From: an uncultured Methanosarcinales archaeon
GTDB lineage: Archaea > Nanobdellota > Nanobdellia > Woesearchaeales > JACPIF01
Reading direction: 5' to 3'
Assembly (NCBI GenBank): GCA_964602245.1
Contig: CAZRPY010000002.1
Location: forward strand, 49,833-113,832
Length of the DNA: 64,000 nt
The position numbers were made by a program, and so were the translations under genes. The notes under the pieces were generated by a model. It ran no database searches, had not been told where the DNA came from, and worked only from the letters and a program-made list of their open reading frames with translations. Positions 1 to 10,114 of this stretch are shown here, one piece after another. The number at the start of each line of letters is the position of its first letter. Positions within the stretch are counted from its first letter, which is position 1.

Positions 1-92
1 TTCTCGTATACACCAAAGGTAAGCATACATGTGTAGTATTTGGTTTCTTTAAATCAGTTCGTGAAAGTGAATCTATAGTAAGAGGCGGAAAT

Positions 93-341
93 TTGACTAA
101 TGCACAATGGGTATATTTAGAGGAAGCATGCTACTTAAGAGAGCCATTGACTATTAAAGGTTCAAAAATACCATATGTCTTTATACCTCCCAATACGCTA
201 CAGAGAAATCGAATAAGTATATGGGATAAGTCTCTTGAGGATATGATTGTGGGCCAAGAAAGCATTGTAGACCATTTGAGAAAGAAGGGAGAAGATTGGA
301 AACCTTATGCTGATTGGATTTCTAAAATGCAAATTGATTAA
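93..341 (+). CDS. hypothetical protein
   Basis: 82-aa ORF from six-frame track; no recognisable motif. Confidence 0.3.
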   Translation: MTNAQWVYLEEACYLREPLTIKGSKIPYVFIPPNTLQRNRISIWDKSLEDMIVGQESIVDHLRKKGEDWKPYADWISKMQID

Positions 342-703
342 ATTATGTCTTTATACAATTCTTGCCTCTCTACAGATAGATAAAGGGTTTGGACAACTTC
401 AAACTCTTTAGCGTCTTTTATTGCTTTTGCAATGTTTATAGCTATAAGACAGCATCTTGTAGCATATAAAGAATATCGTTCGTAAACATCAGTCCATTTA
501 TCTAGTTTCCCTGCCTGAGAATCATAATAATCCCTTGCAGAATAAATATGTTCTTTCAGAGCTAATAAGTCTTTTTCTGGATACAATAGTAGCCCATTAC
601 TGTAAAATTCTGCGTGTACTAAGTCTGTTAAAAAGGGAATATCTCTAACATCCTTTTGTAATAAATTACAAATATCTAGGGCCATATTATGAAAAATAGG
701 CAT
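338..703 (-). CDS. hypothetical protein
   Basis: 121-aa ORF, 4-nt overlap with upstream ORF; no recognisable motif. Confidence 0.35.
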   Translation of the reverse strand: MPIFHNMALDICNLLQKDVRDIPFLTDLVHAEFYSNGLLLYPEKDLLALKEHIYSARDYYDSQAGKLDKWTDVYERYSLYATRCCLIAINIAKAIKDAKEFEVVQTLYLSVERQELYKDII

Positions 704-722
704 ATATTATTTAAACATTATG

Positions 723-1217
723 TCATCTAAGAATAATGTATAATAGAACAAGGATAAGTCCAGCTTCTATTATAGAAATATAAAGCCAAATATTCTTTCT
801 TGGCACAATTTCTTGCTTAAGATTTTGGCCAGTTTTTATCTCTGGCTTTATGTCTGGTTTTGATTCTTCTGTTTTTATAGGTATTCTAACAGCTTCTGCT
901 GGTTTTGATACTTGCTCTTGAGAAACTGGGCTAGAAGCTATTGTTGAGGGTGTTGGAGCATGTTGAGCCTGCAAAGCCTTTATTTTCTCTTGTTCAGCTG
1001 GCTTGAGCCATGGAATAGCCTGAGTGAAGGATTCGTTAATCAGCTTAGTATCGTAACCATTTTCTATCAGTTTCTTCTTAATATCCTCTGGACTCTCACC
1101 CTGGCTTATCTTATCAGTTATATACCTAATCATGTTCCAGTCTACCATAATTAGTAGAAAACATAAGAGATTTAAAAAAGTTTTGAAAGAAATTCTTAAT
1201 AAGGGCATCCACTGCAA
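723..1217 (-). CDS. hypothetical membrane-anchored protein
   Basis: 164-aa ORF with hydrophobic N- and C-terminal segments; P/Q/E-rich linker. Confidence 0.35.
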   Translation of the reverse strand: MQWMPLLRISFKTFLNLLCFLLIMVDWNMIRYITDKISQGESPEDIKKKLIENGYDTKLINESFTQAIPWLKPAEQEKIKALQAQHAPTPSTIASSPVSQEQVSKPAEAVRIPIKTEESKPDIKPEIKTGQNLKQEIVPRKNIWLYISIIEAGLILVLLYIILR

Positions 1218-1418
1218 ACAATTTTAGGGCCAAATATACTCCACTCTCTTTGTAATGAAACTTCACTGGATGGTGTTTTAACAGTACGTTTTCCATTACC
1301 ACCAACAATTAAGCTTTTATATAATGGCCACATTAGTTATTCCGAAATAAGAGCATATATTTAAAGTTTTTGCCATTTAAAAGTTATATTTTTATAGGAT
1401 AGTAACTTCTACTATAAT

Positions 1419-1544
1419 ATGAAAACTTACAAATGCCCTGAATGTGGACTATCCTATGCAGGGAAAGAATGGGCTGGGAAATGCCAGAAATGGTGCTCTG
1501 AGCATAATTCATGCAATTTAGAGATTATTAAACACGCTTTATAA
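1419..1544 (+). CDS. small zinc-ribbon protein (41 aa), not in ORF track
   Basis: ATG..TAA ORF encoding MKTYKCPECG...CQKWCSEH with CPxCG and CxxWC cysteine pairs; below the 60-aa track cutoff. Confidence 0.35.
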   Translation: MKTYKCPECGLSYAGKEWAGKCQKWCSEHNSCNLEIIKHAL

Positions 1545-1598
1545 TACACTTTTCTTTTTCAGATAATTATAAATATATAATTTAGTTGTAGTATTGCT

Positions 1599-2060
1599 AT
1601 GGTAAGGATAATGCTTAACACTAATGTATTTTGTAGACCTTTCGACAGTTTAGAAGCAAGCAGGATAATAGAAGAGGCAAAGAGTTCTGAAATCATATTT
1701 TCTTTGGCTTGGCAAGGAAAGTTAGACATAATATCATCTGATGTTTTATATTCAGAAGTAGACTTGATTGATGACAAAACGAAGAATGAATCAGTATATT
1801 ACCTTATTAAAACTGTTGAAAAAGAAAGAATTTTAATGAATGAGGGAGTATTGAGTTTAGCCGACGCTTTAAATTCTATAATTAATGACTATAATGATTG
1901 CTTGCATATAGCTTTTGCAGCAATAGGTAAGTGCCATTGTTTAATTACTTGCGATTATGAGTTAATTAATAAAAGAAGGAAAATAGAAACATTTTTATTG
2001 TCAAAAGGCATTAACTTAAAAATCAAGACTCCAACAGAGTTTATTGGCAACTACAATTAA
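1599..2060 (+). CDS. PIN-domain-like protein
   Basis: N-terminal LNTNVF motif typical of PIN/VapC-like nucleases; 153 aa. Confidence 0.4.
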   Translation: MVRIMLNTNVFCRPFDSLEASRIIEEAKSSEIIFSLAWQGKLDIISSDVLYSEVDLIDDKTKNESVYYLIKTVEKERILMNEGVLSLADALNSIINDYNDCLHIAFAAIGKCHCLITCDYELINKRRKIETFLLSKGINLKIKTPTEFIGNYN

Positions 2061-2349
2061 AATGGCAAGTTTACAAACATCCCTTTTGGAAAAAGGAATT
2101 GCAGCGCTTTACAAAGAACTTGGTCCAAATCAGACTATAAAGTTTCTTCAAAGCTTAGGTATTAATAGAGGTGACTCTGTAAAGGAAATAGAAAGTATTA
2201 CTCAAAAATTCTCCAGAAAGGAAGCTTTAGAAAGGCTAAAAAAAGTTAAGAAGTAGTTTCTGATTTTTAGAAAGATAGTTAGAATCTAGACAAATTAACT
2301 ATACTAAATCCCTAACATTTATATATTATGCTTTTATGTTCTTGACATT

Positions 2350-3075
2350 ATGAAAGTGGCAGTTGTCGGTAGAACTAAAAAAGCTATATTAGGGCCATTA
2401 AAGAAGCATGGATTTACTATTGTAACAAGAAATCCAGAGCTAATTATTTCTTTTGGTGGTGATGGAACTTCTTTATATGCAGAGAGAGTTTATTCAGGGA
2501 TACCTAGGGTATTGATAAGGCATAGTAAAACTTGCAATAAATGCCAAACACATGATTATGAAAAGATTTTTCATTCATTATTAACTAAAAATTATAAAAT
2601 AATTCAAGAATTAAAAATAGAAGGGGTTGTTAACAATAAAGGAAGAAAGATAAAGGCTCTTAATGAGATAGATGTACATAATCAAGTTCCACATGCTGCC
2701 AGGCTGCAGTTAAAGATTAATGGTAAAATTGTTAAAGAGACTGTAATAGGTGATGGCATTTTAGTATCTACACCACATGGAAGTACTGGATATTTTAAGT
2801 CTATTACTAGAAAAGAGTTTAATAAAGGATTGGGCATAGCATTTAATAATTCTGTAACACATGACAAGCCTATAATAGTTGATGAAAATGCTAAAATTGA
2901 GATAAAGGTAATCAGAGGACCTGCACTTCTTGTAGCTGATAATGATCATAGAATGCTAGTGCTTAAAACAAATGATTCTGTAACAATAAGGAAGTCTAGT
3001 GAAACGGCAAAGATTATTAAGCTAAAAGAAAAAGGCATAAAAATAGAGAGAGGTAATTTTGTGAAGCTTGAATAA
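2350..3075 (+). CDS. nadK: NAD(+) kinase
   Basis: GGDGT motif (FGGDGTSL), NE/D..hN and DGILVSTPHGSTGY motifs diagnostic of the NAD kinase family. Confidence 0.85.
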   Translation: MKVAVVGRTKKAILGPLKKHGFTIVTRNPELIISFGGDGTSLYAERVYSGIPRVLIRHSKTCNKCQTHDYEKIFHSLLTKNYKIIQELKIEGVVNNKGRKIKALNEIDVHNQVPHAARLQLKINGKIVKETVIGDGILVSTPHGSTGYFKSITRKEFNKGLGIAFNNSVTHDKPIIVDENAKIEIKVIRGPALLVADNDHRMLVLKTNDSVTIRKSSETAKIIKLKEKGIKIERGNFVKLE

Positions 3076-3303
3076 AAATCATAAAATTTAAATAGAGGTT
3101 ATATTTCCTAATTATTATGATCTTAAAGAGTGGTTATCTTTGGCGTATTTAATGAATTCTTATTTTTGGTAGATAGCAAAATATTTAAAATTGCAAAAGG
3201 CTATTGGTGCTAGAGATTTTTCTATGAATTTTTTGAATAACTTTCGATTAGCGAAAGCTCTATTCTTGATATCAAATAAATTAAAGCAAGGAGGTAAATT
3301 CCA

Positions 3304-3573
3304 ATGAAACTTGAAGAATTCCCAGAAATCAAACACGGAAGTTTTGTAGAGATAGGTCGCAAATATCGTGGTATTGTTGTTCCTGTTGAAGAGCAAGAAC
3401 CTACACTTGAATTGTTTTATGTAGCAAAGATTGTTGCAGATCTTAAAATAGGTTCTGGTGCATCTCTAATAATTTATAGTAGTAGACGGGGAGAGATATT
3501 TTTAGGTCTTGACTTAATCGATATCGAAGATATCGTCTCTTACAAACTTTTAGACTATAAAAACTCTGGATGA
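3304..3573 (+). CDS. hypothetical protein
   Basis: 89-aa ORF with RBS-like GGAGGT upstream; overlaps next ORF by 4 nt (operon-like). Confidence 0.3.
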   Translation: MKLEEFPEIKHGSFVEIGRKYRGIVVPVEEQEPTLELFYVAKIVADLKIGSGASLIIYSSRRGEIFLGLDLIDIEDIVSYKLLDYKNSG

Positions 3574-3905
3574 TATTAAAGATGGAACCAATCAAGAACC
3601 AAAGAAAGCAAGAACTAGAAGCTATCCTAGGCTTTGAAATATGCCCTCACACAATAGAGGTAAAAAGGACTTTAGAAATAAATGTGTCAGCTCAAGTAAG
3701 GGAATTGTTAGGCGAATCTGATGAGGACATATCTATAGATGCTTACGCAAGAGTCACTGTAAATGCCTACAAATGCTTTAAAGGTGGCATAAGCGCTCTT
3801 GGAGGGGCACAGGATGGCAGAATACTAATTTTTGCTGCTCTCTCGCCATGCTCTATAGGCTATGCACAAAATTGTCCTTATTATAATCCTAGATTAAGGA
3901 AGTAA
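3570..3905 (+). CDS. hypothetical protein
   Basis: 111-aa ORF translationally coupled to previous. Confidence 0.3.
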   Translation: MILKMEPIKNQRKQELEAILGFEICPHTIEVKRTLEINVSAQVRELLGESDEDISIDAYARVTVNAYKCFKGGISALGGAQDGRILIFAALSPCSIGYAQNCPYYNPRLRK

Positions 3906-3964
3906 GAAACCTTTACAATAGTAATCTTATTATAGTTAGTAGTATAAGAACTATTTTTAAAAAG

Positions 3965-4210
3965 ATGGCACAAAAGAAAATAATAATGTATACAACACCA
4001 ACTTGTGTGTACTGCAATATGGCTAAACAGTTTTTTAGAGATAAGAACATAAAATGGGAGGAAATTGACTTGTCTAAGCAGACAGATAAAGTTGATGAGT
4101 TGCTGGAGAAAAGTGGGCAGCTTGGTGTTCCTGTGTTTGACATAGAAGGAGAGATTATTATAGGGTTTGATAAAAGGGCTATTAAGATGGTGCTTGGGAT
4201 TGTAGAATAA
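3965..4210 (+). CDS. glutaredoxin-like small redox protein (CxxC)
   Basis: 81 aa, YTTPTCVYCNMAKQFF active-site context, glutaredoxin/NrdH fold signature; paralog at 20292. Confidence 0.75.
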   Translation: MAQKKIIMYTTPTCVYCNMAKQFFRDKNIKWEEIDLSKQTDKVDELLEKSGQLGVPVFDIEGEIIIGFDKRAIKMVLGIVE

Positions 4211-4249
4211 TCTTTTATAGTAGAACTTCTTTTTGCTCTTTTGGTCAAG

Positions 4250-4632
4250 ATGGTAGAAATCGGAAAACCAGCACCGGATTTTGCATTGCCTGACCAGGAT
4301 GGTAGGGAACGAAAGCTGAGCGAGTTCAGAGGCAGGAATGTAATCCTTGCATTCTCTACCCTTTTGACTTCTCGCCGGTCTGCACTGCTGAGTTCAGCTG
4401 TTTCCAGGAGGATTTGATGAAACTGAACAATGCCAGTGCACAGGTACTGGGCATCAGCGTTGACAGCAAGTGGAGTCATAAAGAGTTTGCCCAGAAATTA
4501 GGATTGAACTTTCTGCTCCTCAGCGATTTCAACAGGGAAGTGTGCAAGCTGTATGAGACATTACGCAAAGAGGGCTTCAGTGAGCGTGCTTATTTTGTGA
4601 TTGATAAAGATGGAATACTGAGATTCAAGTAG
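4250..4632 (+). pseudogene. bcp: peroxiredoxin (Bcp-type), interrupted by a -1 frameshift near 4352-4360
   Basis: Frame A encodes MVEIGKPAPDFALPDQDGRERKLSEFRGRNVILAF, then a stop. Frame B continues FYPFDFSPVCTAEF...AYFVIDKDGILRFK, the peroxiredoxin active site. Region has GC content above its surroundings. Confidence 0.6.
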
Positions 4633-4702
4633 GTTATGGCAAATCCCGGAATGAAATTAGAGAATAAGGAATTGCTTGAAGTTCTTTCTCAGATATAACA
4701 CC

Positions 4703-5533
4703 ATGAAAAGACGCACAATAGCAGGAAGAGCAGTATTTCCTATCGATCTGGGAGCCATGGCTCTTGACGAATACAAGCCAGCAGCCTCAGACAAAGATTC
4801 TTTTGATTTATTACGGCATGCTGTAAAGCAAGGTGTTGAACTTATTGACACTGCTGATGTCTATGGTTTAGGAAGGAATGAAGAATTAATCGGTAAAGCA
4901 TTGACTGCGGAGCAGAAGCAATCTGTAATCATAGCAACAAAAGTAGGATGCACGCGTCCTGATGGCATTTCATGGGGAACTGACGGCAGGCCTGAGCACA
5001 TAAAGAAGGCGGTGCATGAAAGCCTGAAGCGTCTGGGAGTAAAGCAGATTGAACTTTACCAGCTCCATGCGCCTGACAGAAGTGTGCCGTTGAAGGATAG
5101 TGTAAGAGCACTTAAAGAACTTCAGAATCAAAAGATGGTGAAGCATATCGGACTGAGTAATGTTACAATTGGAGAGCTCAAAGAAGCGCAGCAAATAGTT
5201 TCTATTGTTTCTGTGCAGAACCGTTATAATCTTTCCTATCATTGGAATGATGACCAGGAACTTCTTCCTTATTTGACAGAACAAAAGATTGCTTATTTGC
5301 CGTATTTTCCTTTAGGTAGTGGAAGACTGCTACAGCATCTTCCCTTAGTAAAGCTTGCAGAGAAACTGAGAATAACAGAAAGCCAGCTTTGTCTCGCATG
5401 GATCTTAAACAAATGGTCGATAGCAATTCCGATTCCGGGTACCAAGAACCCTGCTCATCTTGATGAAAATATGAAGGTTGCTGATGTTGAGCTGCCAGAG
5501 AGCATCATCAAGGAATTAGATGGAATGTTCTGA
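4703..5533 (+). CDS. aldo/keto reductase family oxidoreductase
   Basis: LIDTADVYG, IATKVG and later AKR motifs; start chosen at MKRRTIAG; elevated GC relative to surroundings. Confidence 0.8.
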   Translation: MKRRTIAGRAVFPIDLGAMALDEYKPAASDKDSFDLLRHAVKQGVELIDTADVYGLGRNEELIGKALTAEQKQSVIIATKVGCTRPDGISWGTDGRPEHIKKAVHESLKRLGVKQIELYQLHAPDRSVPLKDSVRALKELQNQKMVKHIGLSNVTIGELKEAQQIVSIVSVQNRYNLSYHWNDDQELLPYLTEQKIAYLPYFPLGSGRLLQHLPLVKLAEKLRITESQLCLAWILNKWSIAIPIPGTKNPAHLDENMKVADVELPESIIKELDGMF

Positions 5534-5602
5534 CTTTCTGTTTTAGAAATAGTTGTAACATTTAAGACAACATTTATAAATAATTGAGGACTTTTAGAAT
5601 AT

Positions 5603-6556
5603 ATGACTTTATATGACGTAATAATAATAGGAGGCGGAGTAGTAGGGTATGGAACTGCTATGTATTGTGGCAGGCTTAATTTGAAGACTCTTGTTATCGA
5701 GGCTAAACCTGGAGGAACAATAATTCTTACAGATGTTGTTGAAAATTATCCTGGCTTTATTAGATTAACAGGGCAAGAGTTGGCTGATGAGCTTAGGAAG
5801 CATGCTCTTGATTATAAAAAATATGTTGAATTTAAAGAAGAAACTGTAACTAAAGTAGAGAGAGTTCAGGATAAGAATGGGCATTATCATTTTGTTGTAC
5901 ATACAGATGAAAACAATAAATTTGAATCTAAAACAATAATATTTGCAACTGGCTCTGAGTGGAGAAAGTTACATGTGCCTGGAGAAGATGAATATTCTAA
6001 TAGAGGAGTTCATTATTGTGCATTATGCGATGGTGCTATTTATAATGGCAAGATTATGGCAATTGTTGGAGGGAGTGATAGTGCAGCAAAGGATGCACTT
6101 GTATTAACGCAGTGGGCTAAAAAAGTGTATATGATTTACAGAGGAGAGAAGATAAGGCCAGAGCCTATTAATTACGAAAGGGTTATGGCTAATAAGAAGA
6201 TAGAGATTATCTATAAGACAAATGTTAAAGAGATTAAGGGAGATGGCAAAAGAGTTACGCATGTAATACTTGATAGAGCTTATAATGGAAGCACTCAGTT
6301 TAAGCTTGATGTAATATTCATTGCTATAGGGCATATCCCTAAATCAGAGCTTGCAAAAGAGCTTGGAGTTGCTTTGAATGCAAAAGGTGAAATAATAATT
6401 GATAAAGAATCAAGAACTAATATTCCTGGAGTGTATGCAGCTGGTGATGTTGCAGATACAGAATTCAAACAGGCTATAACTGGTGTAGGAGAGGGTGTAA
6501 AGGCCTGTTATCAAGCTTATGTGTATGTTAATAGCCATCAGATTGAGCCGACTTAA
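5603..6556 (+). CDS. trxB: thioredoxin-disulfide reductase
   Basis: FAD-binding GGGxxG (IIIGGGVVGYGTA), redox-active CALCDG (CxxC) motif, NADPH-binding GGSDSA, C-terminal GDV FAD motif. Confidence 0.9.
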   Translation: MTLYDVIIIGGGVVGYGTAMYCGRLNLKTLVIEAKPGGTIILTDVVENYPGFIRLTGQELADELRKHALDYKKYVEFKEETVTKVERVQDKNGHYHFVVHTDENNKFESKTIIFATGSEWRKLHVPGEDEYSNRGVHYCALCDGAIYNGKIMAIVGGSDSAAKDALVLTQWAKKVYMIYRGEKIRPEPINYERVMANKKIEIIYKTNVKEIKGDGKRVTHVILDRAYNGSTQFKLDVIFIAIGHIPKSELAKELGVALNAKGEIIIDKESRTNIPGVYAAGDVADTEFKQAITGVGEGVKACYQAYVYVNSHQIEPT

Positions 6557-6585
6557 TCCTCTTGAGTTGTAGTAAAATTTAAATA

Positions 6586-7329
6586 TTGACCTCGCCTTAT
6601 TTTGAGATGATGGCTGAATTAGAAACTAAAATTCCAGAAATATTAAGTGCAATTCCAAAAATAGTAATTGTAGGTTCCCCTATTGAATCCGAGGGATATA
6701 TCCCTCCATGCTATACAATACCAAAACCTACATTTGATGATGTGACATTTGATTTACCTGCTTTAGGACAATGGGTTGAGTATTTAATTCTTGAATATGC
6801 AGCTGCATTCTCTCCTGGATTGAGTAGTAGAGCTCTACTAAACCAATCAATTGAAGAAATTGGAGAAACCCTTGCTTCAGGCACTGTTCGACCTGGAAGA
6901 TTTACATATATACCACAAAAAGAAGGAGATTTAACCGGATTCTTTGTAGGAAAACTTCTCTTTAAAGAAAAAAGAGGACAGGAAACAGTTGCTATAACAA
7001 AAGATAGGCAAGCAATCAAGGTATCAAGAACTCTTACTATCCCAGACGGCCGATATACTGTGGAAGCAAAATGCCATGAACTTATGTTATCTAATGAATG
7101 GCAGAAGTATGTTGGATGGTCTCGCACACCGGATTATGTTCTTGAAAGCCATGTTTTTTTATATCCTAACGTGGAATTTGCAAAAAGGGCTTTAGAAAAT
7201 GCCAAGAGCTGGAAAGCTGCAGGAAGACTGCCTCCTGAACAAACTGGGTTTTTAACTGAAACCATTAGTGCTTACCATTTGGATGACTTAACTGAAAAAC
7301 TTGAAAAAGCTATTGCTAACCAAACGTAA
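6586..7329 (+). CDS. hypothetical protein (GC-richer than surroundings)
   Basis: 247-aa ORF; no recognisable motif; compositionally distinct. Confidence 0.4.
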   Translation: MTSPYFEMMAELETKIPEILSAIPKIVIVGSPIESEGYIPPCYTIPKPTFDDVTFDLPALGQWVEYLILEYAAAFSPGLSSRALLNQSIEEIGETLASGTVRPGRFTYIPQKEGDLTGFFVGKLLFKEKRGQETVAITKDRQAIKVSRTLTIPDGRYTVEAKCHELMLSNEWQKYVGWSRTPDYVLESHVFLYPNVEFAKRALENAKSWKAAGRLPPEQTGFLTETISAYHLDDLTEKLEKAIANQT

Positions 7330-7394
7330 ACGTATAAGCCATTAATCCAAGAGTCAATCATCGTAACTAGGATATAGTGCTCTAAAACAGAACA

Positions 7395-7421
7395 TTTATA
7401 TATTAGTTATACATGTATAAC
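7395..7421 (+). promoter_or_regulatory. TATA-like box followed by perfect palindrome GTTATACATGTATAAC (candidate antitoxin operator)
   Basis: tttatatattagttatacatgtataac lies immediately upstream of the AbrB-PIN pair. The 20-nt string tttatatattagttatacat recurs exactly at 13315-13334 upstream of the paralogous pair. Confidence 0.4.
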
Positions 7422-7425
7422 TATT

Positions 7426-7653
7426 ATGATGGAAGTAAAGACTAAAACAAAGAAATGGGGAAATTCAATAGGTGTAATTATACCAAAGGAGATAATTAAG
7501 CAAGAGAATATAAAGCCAAATCAGGAAGTTACAGTTACAATTAATGTTAGACCTATAACAACTGTGAGAGATATTTTTGGGAAGATGAAATTTAAGAAAT
7601 CTACAGATAAATTAATGAGAGAAATTGATAAAGAATTTAATGTAGGTTTTTAG
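7426..7653 (+). CDS. SpoVT/AbrB (MazE-like) antitoxin
   Basis: KWGNSIGVIIPKEI swapped-hairpin beta-barrel signature; 2-nt gap to downstream PIN gene. Confidence 0.7.
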   Translation: MMEVKTKTKKWGNSIGVIIPKEIIKQENIKPNQEVTVTINVRPITTVRDIFGKMKFKKSTDKLMREIDKEFNVGF

Positions 7654-7654
7654 C

Positions 7655-8014
7655 ATGTACTTCTTCGATACTTACGCCATTATAGAAATAGAGAAGGGCA
7701 ATGAATCCTATGAACAACTTAAGGATTTAAAGATTATAACTAGTGTTTTGAATGTAGGTGAAATGTATCAAATCATTCTTAAGAAGCATGGCAAGGAAGA
7801 AGCAGATAAATGGTATAAAAATTCAAATTTCGATATATTAGAAATTACTTCTCAGGTTATAATAGAAGCAATATATCTTAGGTTTATACATAGAAAAAAG
7901 AATATTTCGTTGGTGGATTCTGTTGGATATGTCTTATCATTAAAGCATAATCTAAAGTTTTTAACTGGTGACCGAGCATTTAAAGACATGGAAAACGTGG
8001 AATTAGTTAGGTAA
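7655..8014 (+). CDS. PIN-domain (VapC-like) toxin
   Basis: N-terminal FDTYA..E, central SLVDSVGY and C-terminal FLTGD acidic residues in PIN spacing; paired with AbrB gene. Confidence 0.6.
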   Translation: MYFFDTYAIIEIEKGNESYEQLKDLKIITSVLNVGEMYQIILKKHGKEEADKWYKNSNFDILEITSQVIIEAIYLRFIHRKKNISLVDSVGYVLSLKHNLKFLTGDRAFKDMENVELVR

Positions 8015-8019
8015 AATAT

Positions 8020-9129
8020 CTAACCAAAAGTAAACGTATAAGCCATTAATCCAGAAGAGTTTGTATTTATTTCTAGAATGTGCGTGCCAGATTCTTCTGT
8101 TGAAATGATATTATACAAATCAAAATCTGATATATTTACTCTTTTGTGCTCTTGTCCATCTAAATAAACTGTTATTTCTATTGGTTGTTTTGAGCCTGCT
8201 ACTAGATTAACTTTTTTGGCTAAATAAACGAGTAATATAGCCCCTTGATTGTTGACAAGCTCCAGGTTATCCTTATTATTAAGCCAATCTCCCACTAGGT
8301 AGAATTTATTAGACTGTAATTTTTGTGGTGTTGTATATTTAACAATCTTATTGGGCTGCCATCCTTCTGGATTGCCTATCTGATTTCTAGAGAAACTATA
8401 GCCAAAATAAATTTCTGGAGTGCCTATCTGACTAGGAGTTTCTGCTTCTGGCTTTGAAATATCTTTGGTAATTTGTTCACTTAACTTTAGCACTTGATTT
8501 CTTTCTTCAAGCAGTTCCTGAATTCTTCTTTCTGTTCCCTCGTAAGCTCCTTCGCCTATGTGATCATAAACTATAAAGCCGTCTATATCTATTAGATATT
8601 TCCTTGGCCAATATCTGTTCTTATAAGCATTCCATGTTTGATATTCATTATCCTGTGCAACTGGATATTTTATGCCAAATTTTTCAATGGCTCTTTTTAC
8701 ATTATTGTAATCTTTCTCAAAATCAAATTCAGGGGTATGAATGCCAATAATTACTAATCCTTTGTCTTTATATTTCTCATACCATGTATTAAGATAGGGA
8801 ATAGTTCTCTGGCAGTTTATACAGCTGTATGTCCAGAAGTCAATTAGTATAATATTCTTACCAATATTTTCAGCAATAGTTATATTGTCTATATTTAGGT
8901 ATCCATTAGGTTCTACTAATTCTTTTGCTCTTAGATATTTAGCAGATTTTTGTTTGACTCTCTCTGAGGAATCTTTTATAGCAAGTTCTGTATAGGTAGT
9001 TTGCACTCTGCTGTCTTTTTGCATATTTTGTATAAAGAAGATAGAAGCTATGATTAAAGCTAGAACTATAACTAAGGCTATATTTTTATATCTGCCAAAT
9101 TCGAATTTTTTATTGATTTTTTTAGCCAT
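8020..9129 (-). CDS. membrane-anchored thioredoxin-like thiol:disulfide oxidoreductase with C-terminal extension
   Basis: N-terminal TM helix, FWTYSCINCQ CxxC thioredoxin-fold motif; adjacent to ccdA. Confidence 0.7.
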   Translation of the reverse strand: MAKKINKKFEFGRYKNIALVIVLALIIASIFFIQNMQKDSRVQTTYTELAIKDSSERVKQKSAKYLRAKELVEPNGYLNIDNITIAENIGKNIILIDFWTYSCINCQRTIPYLNTWYEKYKDKGLVIIGIHTPEFDFEKDYNNVKRAIEKFGIKYPVAQDNEYQTWNAYKNRYWPRKYLIDIDGFIVYDHIGEGAYEGTERRIQELLEERNQVLKLSEQITKDISKPEAETPSQIGTPEIYFGYSFSRNQIGNPEGWQPNKIVKYTTPQKLQSNKFYLVGDWLNNKDNLELVNNQGAILLVYLAKKVNLVAGSKQPIEITVYLDGQEHKRVNISDFDLYNIISTEESGTHILEINTNSSGLMAYTFTFG

Positions 9130-9130
9130 T

Positions 9131-9838
9131 TTATTTCAGAAGAAAATAATTAACAAGGCTTAAGTTAGCAACCTGATTTAATGTCTGTGTGAAAACAAGT
9201 ATGCCAAGTATAATTAATAGTATTCCTATGATTATGTTAAAGTATTTGAGGAAAGGTCCGAGTTTCCTGATTAATTCTAAAGCCTGTGCTGAGAATAGGC
9301 CTACTAAAAGAAAAGGGATGCCCAAGCCAAGAGAGTATGACATCAATAGCAAGAAACTTATTCCAGGCTTTGAGACAGCTAGTGCAAATATTGAGCCTAA
9401 AACTGCTCCTACACAAGGTGTCCAGCCAACTGCAAATGCTGCTCCAAAGATAAAAGAGGTAACGTATGTTATGCTGAATTTCTTTTTAACTTTAAGCTTA
9501 TGCTCTCTTTCTAGGAAGTTTAACTTAATTAAGCCTACAAGATATAAGCCAAATAGTATTATAATAACACCTCCTATCCTTGATAGCCATAGTTGCAATG
9601 AATATGATATATTTTCTAGGACAGTGTTTAGTAAAACACCTAATAATGCAAAAATGATAGAGAAGCCTAGGACAAATGCAACACTATTGAAGAATATCCT
9701 CCATCTTGCTCCAGATGGTTGCTCAAGAGAAGTGCCTGATAAATAGGCTAGAAAGCCTGGGATTAAAGGCAAGACACAAGGGCTAAGAAAAGATACAATC
9801 CCTGCTAAAAAGGCTGCAATAACACTAATTTCTACCAT
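9131..9838 (-). CDS. ccdA: cytochrome c-type biogenesis / disulfide transfer membrane protein CcdA (DsbD family)
   Basis: Multi-TM protein with LSPCVLPLIPGFLAY and second conserved Cys (WTPC) typical of CcdA/DsbD. Confidence 0.8.
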   Translation of the reverse strand: MVEISVIAAFLAGIVSFLSPCVLPLIPGFLAYLSGTSLEQPSGARWRIFFNSVAFVLGFSIIFALLGVLLNTVLENISYSLQLWLSRIGGVIIILFGLYLVGLIKLNFLEREHKLKVKKKFSITYVTSFIFGAAFAVGWTPCVGAVLGSIFALAVSKPGISFLLLMSYSLGLGIPFLLVGLFSAQALELIRKLGPFLKYFNIIIGILLIILGILVFTQTLNQVANLSLVNYFLLK

Positions 9839-9937
9839 TTTGTTATAGTTCTATATTTTATTTTTTATATTCTTAATTTGCCCTTGCACTTACTTTTTAT
9901 TTTAAATTATTTGCATTTAGTATGCATTTTATCTTTT

Positions 9938-10050
9938 TTATTTGCACACGGTTGCGAAAACGCAACATACATGTCCGTTTCATTGCTGTTTTAATCGTGG
10001 ATTAGCGGACTAATCGCACAGCTTGCGTAGCAAGCGTCGTTATGCAAGTT
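9938..10050 (-). repeat. GC-rich TTGCAT..ATGCAAAT-bounded structured element, copy A (reverse orientation)
   Basis: Reverse complement matches the family consensus TTGCATAACGACGC-hairpin-CTGTGCGATTAGTCCGCTAATC...GTTGCGTTTTCGCAACCGTGTGCAAAT. Lies upstream of the minus-strand ccdA. Confidence 0.6.
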
Positions 10051-10114
10051 ATCTTTTTACGAATATTTATTAATTCAATGCGAATTGTTATTTTAATTAT
10101 CCTTTAATTTTATA

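Noticed and set aside
9189-9746. 185-aa ORF antisense to ccdA, plus other antisense ORFs (10393..10581, 10443..10733, 12587..12793, 36279..36488, 37895..38188, 57718..58098, 58276..58566, 49253..49735, 51227..51694)
   Set aside because: Each lies entirely within a longer, motif-supported gene on the opposite strand and shows low-complexity composition typical of antisense frames
9909-9930. Short ttgcat-ttagt-atgcat mini-palindrome next to element copy A (and solo aatttgcat at 56402 next to copy G)
   Set aside because: It could be an empty-site footprint or a minimal version of the element, but 20 nt of AT-rich palindrome is too little to call; it is mentioned only in support of the repeat-family finding
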